The translations under genes were made by a program, and so were the position numbers. The notes under the pieces are model-generated. The model searched no databases and was not told where the DNA came from. It worked only from the letters and a program-made list of their open reading frames with translations. A DNA stretch of 64,000 nt from Candidatus Latescibacterota bacterium (GTDB lineage: Bacteria; Latescibacterota; UBA2968; UBA8231), in the NCBI GenBank assembly GCA_965206595.1, contig OZ242214.1:3680001-3744000 (forward strand). The letters are read 5' to 3'. The stretch's first letter is position 1; every line of letters begins with the position of its first letter. Of the stretch, positions 11,201-18,780 are shown one piece after another.

Positions 11201-11566
11201 CTCCTCCGCCAGCTTGAGTTTCCCCTCCCGGTCAAAAACCGGCGTGCGATCCACCGTCCGGATGGTCCGGTCTGCCCCGCGGATCCTGGGCGCGTCGATG
11301 GGGCGCCGGAAGCTGGCCTGGTCCTCGGCCAGGATGTTGTAGACGTGCCGAAAAAAGTGGGGCCGGACCTGCCCATCGACGAGGTCCAGGACGTGTTCGG
11401 GCCGGCTCCACTGGGCCCAGTGCTCCTGGGTCTCGACGATAATCTGGGTGTCGGTGACGTCGGCCGACTGGGCTCGCGAGTGGAAAATGCCGAACCCCGC
11501 GATTGCCGCCCACGCCAGTCCGATCCGAAGCCATCTCATCGAGGAATTGACCTCTGTCCGCTGCAT
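8207..11566 (-). CDS. Large secreted protein with discoidin-like domains and C-terminal FlgD-Ig/CHU_C-like domain
   Basis: 1119 aa; signal peptide; LDGDPSTYW...WWVEIDLGR (F5/8-type-C-like); C-terminal PNPFTPNGDGINDEL...IYRLDGRRV...WSG...PPGLYIC...VAVAY; AGGAGG RBS. Confidence 0.85.
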   Translation of the reverse strand: MQRTEVNSSMRWLRIGLAWAAIAGFGIFHSRAQSADVTDTQIIVETQEHWAQWSRPEHVLDLVDGQVRPHFFRHVYNILAEDQASFRRPIDAPRIRGADRTIRTVDRTPVFDREGKLKLAEEKIGKYLDQDFGRIPSDVTRIVLAGDVFTITDTTMNGDEVALALRNERTGARSRQTFETKSKEQFPEYAYFVRPGISRAGSNVDSAAYVLDGDPSTYWEPDLADTSDNWWVEIDLGRVVVVEKVVLHFVDEAEGDPFRQFRVLASPEQRVLLTEESEFGSTNEYQWGNFSVVGGTIAPNTEQRVFELTAQGEPRFVQPGTDPSWTGRMVETIRVLVTDSKRFRGRQVTPAAWEALPAGERGEIVYYIRDEAGFEEPVAQEIYESLGPQRQGRQEYYVRERPRLSEVEVWGWGDNLSPGVLGPGGAVDMTGPYKAGSGFDADFGSSFRFLVWSPYVSDRAVMTVDLGALMWLDNIRVASAMGISRKDGTFIEGYIVRGSDGSRDATGALKWRRVSPREREDNLINQFVFISDIYDPPVKLRYLEMRNTTTNYRAGGYSFELGELLMYSAGYVAEASITSGFIRLPGQRNLGAIRWSPGPEQHSPGTEVEIRTRTGDLLVENIRYLSSTGIDLKTFEEWDELPPKFRGPIDTSFAVGSGWSAWSRPNLQPGDPVTSPSLRQFMQIEARLISHDRQKAATLSSIEVEMFDPVARSLTGEIWPQHATAGLRDTFDIYLNSTFVDAPSALRTPGFDEVRLQGPAELDLRLVGVRSGTEAEFLQQQPFQVFEPTGEVFASAAGDTLELLERGGGAVGFRMPALMQSAPAELVPKRYHRITDEGDQVVVGHDGEVLSEAAYGLLPEDERGQILFFQRITDDSGQVRLEKVADFAYDELPAGEQGPIRYFRKLSGAGAEFPFAMQADSPTNTVPGDTLTKEAYDRLPRSERGTTRGGGRLLQVRVAATVFLNTTLQALVRKSDQLSPAGEPVWQQVDGGDATALTEGRGLSLSVPVGGKVLDDVVLTPNPFTPNGDGINDELTVSFSVFQVTADRQVRLRIYRLDGRRVWEGSELARGGAHALRWSGVDHAGLKVPPGLYICQLHLDVDADDSANMTLSRIVAVAY

Positions 11567-11742
11567 GTGAGACCTCCTGAAGTCCTCGCAATTTCAGCCG
11601 GAGACTCTCGATCGGTAGGGCATTGGTTATTCGAGCCGCAAATATAACCCATTGACCGCCTTTCCCGACACGCAGCGCAGCGCGCAGACGAGTGCGCGCC
11701 GTATCGCCGGCCGCATGGCTCCGGGCGTCTCACAAGCGCCTG

Positions 11743-11774
11743 ACGGACAATAGATACGGACAATAGATACGGAC
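11743..11774. repeat. 13-bp tandem repeat ACGGACAATAGAT x2.5
   Basis: Read directly: acggacaatagat acggacaatagat acggac, in the divergent intergenic region. Confidence 0.85.
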
Positions 11775-11815
11775 CCTTATGATACCCATCTTTCGCCATT
11801 CAGCGAGTGTAGGGA

Positions 11816-12807
11816 ATGACCGGAGACAACGAGGTGGGAACCTGGCGGTTCCTGCATGTCAACGACAGCCGCATGGGCACGCCGCGCTCGTACCGATTTC
11901 GTGCGGCAACCAACCAGCGCTGGGCGGCCATCAAGCGCCAGGTGGCGCAAATCGATGCCGAGTTCCTCCTGCACGGCGGCGATCTGACCCGCGACGGCGA
12001 AACGCATGAGTTCGAGTACGCACGGGCGCGCGATGATCTCGACACCTTGCCTTTTCCGGTGTTCGTCATTCCCGGCAATATGGACGTCGGCAACAAGCAC
12101 GCAGCCCGGAGTGGAACCAAACGAAAATGGGAAGAGCTGGGCCTCGGCTGGAATGATCCCGACTTGAATATGACCGAACACCGGCTGCACCTGTTCGCTT
12201 CGTATTTCGGCCCTATCCACTGGGCGTTTCTCCATCGCGGTGTCCGCTTCACGGGCTTCTTCGCCGCAGTCGCCTGTTCGGGCTTGCCGCATGAAGACCG
12301 GCTGTGGCCGCTCTCGAGCGCCTGCCCGACCTGCCGCCTGCCCGCCATCGCGTGGCTGTGATGCATTACTGGCCATTCATGGAGGAGTTGGACGAACCCG
12401 CCTGGGACCTCACGAGCGCGGACCAATACGACAACTGGTATTTCTTCATCGACCCGCCCCATCGCCAGCGACTCTGGCAGCTGCTTCAAGCCGCCGGCGT
12501 CGACATCCTGTTCTGCGGCCACGTGCACACCGGACGCCCCGTTCAGGTTGTCGACGCATCCGCGTATGTCGCACCCAACCCGCCGGCACACGGCTCAACT
12601 CGCCGAGCGCTGGCCCGAAGCGGACACGCGCTTCGGCTTCCACGTTGCGAAGTGACCGATGCCGGCATCGGAATCACCTTCATCCCGGACGACGATCAGT
12701 GCGCCGAGTTCGACAGCTACGGTCCGATGGGACATCCACCTGTCGGCGTGCGCGACTACTCGGCAGCCAGAGAAAGTCCGGCGCTCATCCCGGACGCACA
12801 CGATTGA
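11816..12807 (+). pseudogene. Calcineurin-like metallophosphoesterase, frameshifted (possibly sequencing error)
   Basis: Motifs HVNDS, HGGDL, PGNMD, MHY and GHVH are spread over frames. About four single-base deletions (~12312 and three at ~12555-12645) restore ...LLERLPD... and VDGIRVCRTQPAGNTAQLAERWPEADTRFGFHRCEV. Confidence 0.75.
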
Positions 12808-12852
12808 TGCCGAAACTCCTGACCGTGAACCAGCAAGAAGAGAGGCTCCGAG

Positions 12853-13372
12853 ATGAACTCCTCCAACGGACGACCGACAATCCGTCTCACCACAGCACAG
12901 GCCCTGGTCAAGTATCTGCAAGTTCAGTACAGCGAGCGTGATGGCAAGAGACATCGACTGATAAAAGGGGCATTTGGCATCTTCGGGCACGGCAACGTGG
13001 CCGGCCTGGGTCGGGCGCTGGCAAAGTTTGGTGCAGACCTTCCCTATTTCCAACCCTGCAATGAGCAATCGATGGTGCACACGGCGAGCGGCCATGCCAA
13101 GGCGACCCTGCGGATGTCCACCTTTGCCTGCCTGTCATCGATCGGGCCCGGCTCCACCAATATGTCAAAGGCGGATACAGTCAGGATCAATCGACTGCCG
13201 GTGTTGCTGATACCGGCCGATACTTACGCCACGCGTCACCGGGGGCCGGTGTTGCAGCAGTTTGAACATCCGATTTCCGCCGACGTGAGCGTCAACGACT
13301 GCTTCCGGCCGGTCAGCCGATTCTTCGACCGCATTTCCCGGCCTGAACAACTCCTTACCGCGCTTCCCGAAG
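12853..13372 (+). pseudogene. iolD: Truncated 3D-(3,5/4)-trihydroxycyclohexane-1,2-dione acylhydrolase (N-terminal part only)
   Basis: TIRLTTAQALVKYL, GIFGHGNVAGLG, NEQSMVH, SIGPG, NRLPVLL, PVLQQ and SVNDCFRPVSRFFDRISRPEQL match IolD. Similarity stops after ~170 aa; full-length IolD is roughly 620-640 aa. Confidence 0.85.
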
Positions 13373-13499
13373 GGAGGATGTGGAACGATTCTCGAACGAC
13401 TCCGACCCGAACCCGGTATCGATGTCCTGAATCCGTGAAGTCGAGAGCCTGATTTTTGGTTGCTTACGATTAAATATCAAATTTTATCACTCGCTATAG

Positions 13500-13868
13500 A
13501 AGCGATCACGGATTCAGGGATGTGTCTCGACACCGGCCATCACGCCTACCGCTACGGAGACTCCGTCGAACTGATGAGGAAGCATCACACGCGGATACGC
13601 TACTTGCACTTGAAGAGTGTGGATGCCGATAAGCGGGACGAGGTGAACGAGGGGCGCCGTTTCGTTTGCAGAGGCGATGGGGAACGACCTGTTCGTAGAA
13701 CTTCAGGACGGGGTGGTCGACTTCGAGGCCTTCGGCGATGTGCTGGCGGAGGTCGACTATGAGAGCTTCGGCATCGTCGAACAGGACATTTACCCGGCTC
13801 CGTTCGACAAGCCAATGCCGGTCGCCAAGCGCGCACGCGAATATCTTCGGGAGATCGGCATTGGCTGA
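13500..13868 (+). pseudogene. iolE: C-terminal fragment of myo-inosose-2 dehydratase / TIM-barrel isomerase
   Basis: CLDTGH...YLHLKSVD, then after a +1 shift in a G-run at ~13652, LFVELQDGVVDF...IVEQDIYP...AKRAREYL. N-terminus missing. Confidence 0.7.
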
Positions 13869-13890
13869 GTCGGGCCGGGGCTGAACATTC

Positions 13891-13919
13891 TTGACGGTCT
13901 CGCAGCACGGGGATAGCTT
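13891..13919 (+). promoter_or_regulatory. Sigma70-type promoter upstream of the MFS gene
   Basis: TTGACG (13891-13896), 17-nt spacer, TAGCTT (13914-13919). Confidence 0.55.
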
Positions 13920-13934
13920 AGCGCCAATTGCGCC

Positions 13935-14029
13935 ACAGTAGTTCCCCGAATGAATTACAGTAGTTCCCCGAATGAATTACAGTAGTTCCCCGAATGAATT
14001 ACAGTAGTTCCCCGAATGAAGTGGGGAAC
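13935..14029 (+). repeat. 22-bp tandem repeat (ACAGTAGTTCCCCGAATGAATT, 3 full copies plus 20 nt) ending in a GTTCCCC-N9-GGGGAAC hairpin
   Basis: Units start at 13935, 13957, 13979 and 14001; inverted complement GGGGAAC at 14023-14029. Confidence 0.95.
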
Positions 14030-14053
14030 GTGAGTTCCGAGGAGTGATTGCAG

Positions 14054-15229
14054 ATGAACGAGAGCGGGCGTGGCCTTTTCATCCTGATCGGCGGGTTCGC
14101 GCTGTTCGTGACCGCTCACACCATGCAGCTGAGTGTCGCCAGCCTGATCGGCGCTCAGTACGCCCCCGACAAATCGATGGCCACGCTGCCGCTGTTCACG
14201 GTGATGCTGGGTACGGCTCTGGCTACCGTACCGGCCTCCATGTTGATGAAGTACGTCACCCGTCGGACAGGTTTCACCTGCGGGTCCGTGCTGGCTATCC
14301 TGGGTGCAGGCACAGCCGTCTACGCGGTGCGAGCGGAGAACTTCTGGCTCTTCATCGTGGGGACGGGACTCATCGGCATGTTCAACGCCTTCTGCCAGCT
14401 CTACCGTTTCGCGGGCGCCGAACTGGTTCCACCCGAGCGCAAGGGCAAGGCCATCTCCTTCGTGCTCGCAGGCGGCATCCTCGGAGGACTGCTGGGCCCC
14501 AATCTGGAGGCGTTCTCCAGAGACTGGTTCGAGATCTCCTTTATGGGCCCGTACGTCGTCATCGTCTGTATCGGATTTCTCAACATCATACTCATGAGCT
14601 TTCTCGACATGGGCAAGCCGCCCGGCCAGCTGGACGATCTCTCCCAGCGGCCGCTGGGAGAGATCGTCCGGCAGCCCGTCTTCATCGTGGCGGCGATGAG
14701 CGCGATGGTGGCCTTCGGGGTCATGGCCAGCTTCATGGCAGGATCACCGCTGATCATCCAGAAATTCCACCACAGCCACCACCAGGCTACCTCCGCCATA
14801 TCCATCCACACAATGTTGATGTATACGCCCGCACTCTTCGTCGCAGCCCTCATTGCCCGTTTCGGCATCCTCAATATCATCGGAACCGGAATCGTCTTCC
14901 AAGCGACGGGTTTTATCGTCCTCTATGCGGGCAAGAGTTACACACACTTCATGGCGTTCATGATCCTGCTGGCACTCGGCTGGTCCTTCATGTTCATCGG
15001 CGGCACCGCCCTTGCGACCCGGGCCTACACACCGGTGGAGCGCCCCAAGACGCAGGCCCTCCACGATTGCATGCTCTTCACCTGGGTCGCTGTGTGCGCC
15101 TTGTCCAGCGGCTGGCTGGATCACGCCTTCGGCACCAACGCCCTGCCGGTAGCGGCCATCAGCCTCCTGCTACTGACCACCTTGGTCATCTTGCTGTTGA
15201 GGAAACGGGCGGCGGCTACGCCGGCATGA
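14054..15229 (+). CDS. MFS transporter
   Basis: About 12 hydrophobic segments; YRFAGAELVPPERKGKAISFVLAGGILGGLLGP; GAGGAG RBS at 14039-14044. Confidence 0.9.
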   Translation: MNESGRGLFILIGGFALFVTAHTMQLSVASLIGAQYAPDKSMATLPLFTVMLGTALATVPASMLMKYVTRRTGFTCGSVLAILGAGTAVYAVRAENFWLFIVGTGLIGMFNAFCQLYRFAGAELVPPERKGKAISFVLAGGILGGLLGPNLEAFSRDWFEISFMGPYVVIVCIGFLNIILMSFLDMGKPPGQLDDLSQRPLGEIVRQPVFIVAAMSAMVAFGVMASFMAGSPLIIQKFHHSHHQATSAISIHTMLMYTPALFVAALIARFGILNIIGTGIVFQATGFIVLYAGKSYTHFMAFMILLALGWSFMFIGGTALATRAYTPVERPKTQALHDCMLFTWVAVCALSSGWLDHAFGTNALPVAAISLLLLTTLVILLLRKRAAATPA

Positions 15230-15301
15230 GTGGATCTGCTCGACTCGCCGATCAAGAGCGCGGCCATCGGCTTGTGACCGCGGACACACAGGGTTTTTGA
15301 G

Positions 15302-16618
15302 TCAGCCTATTGTCCCCGGCGTCGACGGCCTGTCCCACAGAGGCTGGTTATGTTGCGCGTCGCCGCCAATGTCGATGGCTTCTTCCACCTGCTGCTCGCT
15401 GAAACGAGACAGGAGGAAGGGTTCGATCGGCACCGGTGGCTCTTTGCCAACAATCAAGGCGGTGAGAATCTCGGCTGTAATCGGGGCATTGAGGATACCT
15501 GTTCTGAAGTGCCCGGTGGCGTTGAGGTAGCCCCCGCAGCCGTCAACCGGTCCCAGGATGGGCAATTCGTCCGGGCTGCCGGGCCGGAATCCCGCCCACG
15601 CACGCTTGACCCCCACATCAATCAGGAAAGGCAGGCATCGCACCGCGCCGCGCACGAGGTCGATCATGGCGGAATGTGTAACGCCGTATTCGAATCCCAC
15701 CTTTTCAGTGGTGCTGCCGACGAGAATCTCGCCGTTACCCTTCTGTACAAGATAGCAGTCGCTGGTGGAAACGCTAGCTTCCAACACATCGGTAGGCAGG
15801 GTCTCCGTGCAGACGATCTGGCCGCGCACGGGGTACACGGGAATCCTTATGCCTGCCGACTCCGAGATCTGATCCGCCCAGGCACCGGCCGCATTTACCA
15901 CCCAGTCAGCGTGCAGGCGCCCGGCGGACGTTTCGGCTCCTACCACTCTTTCTCCATGCCGGATCAGACCGGTCACCTCGGTGTGCGTCAGGATCCTGGC
16001 CCCACGTTTGCCAGCTCCGACACGCAGGGCATCGGCGAACTTGTAGGGGTTGATCTGATTGTCACCTATCATGCGCAAAGCACCGCGGCTGTCTCGATTT
16101 ATCGCCGGTTCTAGTGCCGCGAGGTCGCTGGCTGAGAGTAATTGCATGGACTCTGCGGCGGCGTCATTGCCTGACATCAGCGTCTGGGCAAACATCTCGT
16201 CCGTCTCGTCGAACATGACGAACAGCAGGGAGTTTTCCTCATACTCCACATCGATTCCCGTCACTTGCTCGAGCTCTTCTGCCAGGGGCTTCAACCGGGT
16301 GTTGCTCTCGAGAGAAAAATTCAGGAAGCATTGCGGCAGCGGATCGAGGCCGTGCATGCCATCGCGCTCCATCTTTCCCTCGGCGACGAGGGCTTTGAAG
16401 AAGATCACTCCGCAGCCTAGGCCCATCGACTCGCCCACGGGCCACAGACCGCCGGCAGAGGCCGAGGTGGCGCGGCCTCGCCTGGGTTGGTCCACGAGCG
16501 TAACGGCCAGTCCCCGACGGGAGGCGTAGTAGGCCACGGCGCTGCCGATGACGCCTCCCCCCACGACGAGGACGCTCTGTGAGTCACTCATGACCACCCC
16601 CGTATCTCGTCTCGTCAA
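15302..16618 (-). CDS. hcnC: Hydrogen cyanide synthase subunit C-like FAD-dependent oxidoreductase
   Basis: GGGVIG FAD motif, the HcnC-typical ASAGGLWPVGESMGLGCGVIFF insert, TSDCYLVQKGNGEILVGSTTE, WAGFRPGSPDELPILGP and GHFRTGIL. Alternative start ATG at 16591. Confidence 0.85.
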   Translation of the reverse strand: MTRRDTGVVMSDSQSVLVVGGGVIGSAVAYYASRRGLAVTLVDQPRRGRATSASAGGLWPVGESMGLGCGVIFFKALVAEGKMERDGMHGLDPLPQCFLNFSLESNTRLKPLAEELEQVTGIDVEYEENSLLFVMFDETDEMFAQTLMSGNDAAAESMQLLSASDLAALEPAINRDSRGALRMIGDNQINPYKFADALRVGAGKRGARILTHTEVTGLIRHGERVVGAETSAGRLHADWVVNAAGAWADQISESAGIRIPVYPVRGQIVCTETLPTDVLEASVSTSDCYLVQKGNGEILVGSTTEKVGFEYGVTHSAMIDLVRGAVRCLPFLIDVGVKRAWAGFRPGSPDELPILGPVDGCGGYLNATGHFRTGILNAPITAEILTALIVGKEPPVPIEPFLLSRFSEQQVEEAIDIGGDAQHNQPLWDRPSTPGTIG

Positions 16619-18444
16619 CCAGCGGGGGAGGGCGGGGGGTCAGGGTCGCCGAGTTCGATCGGCGGCAGTCGACATCGGGCCAGTTCCCCCATGGTCACCG
16701 GCTTGACCGGGGGTTGCGGGTTGGCGCGCCCGCAAGTTTCAGGGGGACTGGATAGCTTGCCACTCATGTAGAGGGCGCAGGCAGGCCCGCAGTAGCGTCC
16801 CTGGCAGGGCCCCATGCCAAGACGGGTCGCCAGTTTGACCGATTGCAAATCGCGCGCGCCCCTGCCATCCACGGCCACATCCACATCGCTGCGACGTACC
16901 TCCTCGCAGCGGCACATGACGGTCCCCTCGTCTGCCAGCTTGGCCAGTCCGAAACGCAACCGGGACAGCTCGTCCAGGTAGCGCCTGGGCCGAGCGAGCG
17001 AGCGAAGCTTCTTCATTGGCTTCGCAAGGCGAGCGGCGGCCTCCGCATGTTCGAGCGCGCCCAGTTGTTCAGCTGCGATGATGCCGGCCACGCGTCCCTC
17101 CTGCTCAGCTACCAGCGACCCGGCAACGCCGCTGCTGTCGCCAGCCGCAAGAACACCAGGCACCGTCGTACACATGAGCTCATCTCTGACCGGAACCCAC
17201 CCGCCCAGCGCTTCGTCGTAGCGGTGCTGGCAGCCCGCGAGAGTGGTCAGCTCGGTGTTGGGTACGAAGCCATAGCCGACGACGAGCAAGTCCACATCAA
17301 CACGGTTGGATTTCTCGAAGTCAGGCGTCCAATCGGGCAAGTTGACCGGGCCGTAAGCGACGCTTTCGACCGCCCCGGCCCCATCGGCTTTGAAGACGAC
17401 GTGGTTGTACAACAATGGGATACCGTGGCGGCGCAGACCACTGAAGTAACCCCAGGCGTCTCTCATTAGATTGCCGTGGCCGAGCAAGGCACCCGCAGCC
17501 CTCACCTTGCCAGGCCGTCGACCAGCTTCCAGGACCGCCACGACTTCCACACCGGAATCCGCGAGCTGGTTGGCGACCACCAGAAGCAATGGACCGGTCC
17601 CGGCAACAAGGGCGCGCTTGCCCGGACGGATCCCCATGGTCTTGACGAGGCTCTGCACACCGCCTGCCGCCATCACCCCCGGTAGTGTCCAGCCTGGAAA
17701 GGCCACCGGTCGGTCATACGCTCCCGTGGCGATGATCAACTTGCTCGTGGCGAGAATCTCGCAGCCGTCGTCGCCACCACACAGAATCCTCGGGGTTGGA
17801 TCGATCCACACCCCGAGCACCGCTGTGTTCGACATGCGTTCCACCCCGTCGGCACTGGCCTCGAATTCATCGCGCAGGGCCTCGCCTCTGACGAAGTCCT
17901 TGCTTTCTCGGTGTTTTTCCCCAGGGCTGAATTCGCCGGGCATGCAGCGATAGATCTGTCCTCCAAGCGCCGGGGCCTCGTCGACGAGTGTGCATTCCCG
18001 CACGCCGGACTTCGCTGCTTCAACTGCCGCGCACATTCCCGCAGGACCGCCGCCGATGATGACGAGCTGTCTCTCGCGGGACGCGGGACCCATCCCGGAC
18101 GGCTCCTCTTGGTCGCCGCTCATGCGGCTGCCGGTGCCGAGCCCAAATACTTCGTTGTTGTCGTTACGGAGTGCCATGCCGTCTCGCACCGGAAGATTGC
18201 ATGTACGCACGTTGGGCCGACCGTCCACCGTGAGGACGCAATCGAAACAGTTGCCGATTCCGCAGTACGGACCGCGGGCTTCACCCAGCCGGCTCTTCCT
18301 GAAAGCTCTGACCCCGGCTGCCATGAGCGCCGCGGCGACGCTCTCGCCGCTGAAAGCGCGTATCGGCCTGTCGTCGAGATAGATCGTCATCTCAACGCCG
18401 CGAGTTGCGGACCCGTGGATTCGGCTGTTGCGATCCTCATTCAC
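16615..18444 (-). CDS. hcnAB: Fused HcnA-HcnB-like protein (2Fe-2S domain + NAD(P)/FAD oxidoreductase + BFD-like 2Fe-2S)
   Basis: N-terminal GESVAAAL...CGIGNCFDC...RTC (HcnA-type); GGGPAG...DEAPALGGQIYR and ATGAYDRPVAFPGWTLPGVM; C-terminal CRCEEV...TRLGMGPCQGRYC (HcnB-type). Single open frame; stop overlaps the hcnC TTG. Confidence 0.8.
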   Translation of the reverse strand: MNEDRNSRIHGSATRGVEMTIYLDDRPIRAFSGESVAAALMAAGVRAFRKSRLGEARGPYCGIGNCFDCVLTVDGRPNVRTCNLPVRDGMALRNDNNEVFGLGTGSRMSGDQEEPSGMGPASRERQLVIIGGGPAGMCAAVEAAKSGVRECTLVDEAPALGGQIYRCMPGEFSPGEKHRESKDFVRGEALRDEFEASADGVERMSNTAVLGVWIDPTPRILCGGDDGCEILATSKLIIATGAYDRPVAFPGWTLPGVMAAGGVQSLVKTMGIRPGKRALVAGTGPLLLVVANQLADSGVEVVAVLEAGRRPGKVRAAGALLGHGNLMRDAWGYFSGLRRHGIPLLYNHVVFKADGAGAVESVAYGPVNLPDWTPDFEKSNRVDVDLLVVGYGFVPNTELTTLAGCQHRYDEALGGWVPVRDELMCTTVPGVLAAGDSSGVAGSLVAEQEGRVAGIIAAEQLGALEHAEAAARLAKPMKKLRSLARPRRYLDELSRLRFGLAKLADEGTVMCRCEEVRRSDVDVAVDGRGARDLQSVKLATRLGMGPCQGRYCGPACALYMSGKLSSPPETCGRANPQPPVKPVTMGELARCRLPPIELGDPDPPPSPAG

Positions 18445-18780
18445 CGCTCGGTGCGACTCCCGCCTGCCTGCCGGCTTTGGAAGGGGGATGTAACAGAACT
18501 CGGTCGATTTCCGAGTGCCGGCAACATCCCGTTACTGTGGTGGCGATCGGGAACGCATACGCGCCATGGCATCGCCTCATTGTCCTTCTACAGGATAATT
18601 CATGGCACCGTGGGAAGTCCAGAAATTGGACCGCGCACCGCCGGCAATTCGGAGTCGGAAACGCGGGGCAACTGCCGGGGCTCTAATTGAGACCGGCTGC
18701 CAACCTTGGTATTATGGTTGTATGCTCTGAGCTTTTCCTCAAATCCATCAGGGTCGTTGTCGATCGCGAGGGATGAGCCT

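Noticed and set aside
13935-14029. CRISPR array (repeat resembles type I-E GTxxTCCCC...GGGGA)
   Set aside because: The units are head-to-tail identical with no unique spacers, the period is only 22 bp, and there are no cas genes in the window.
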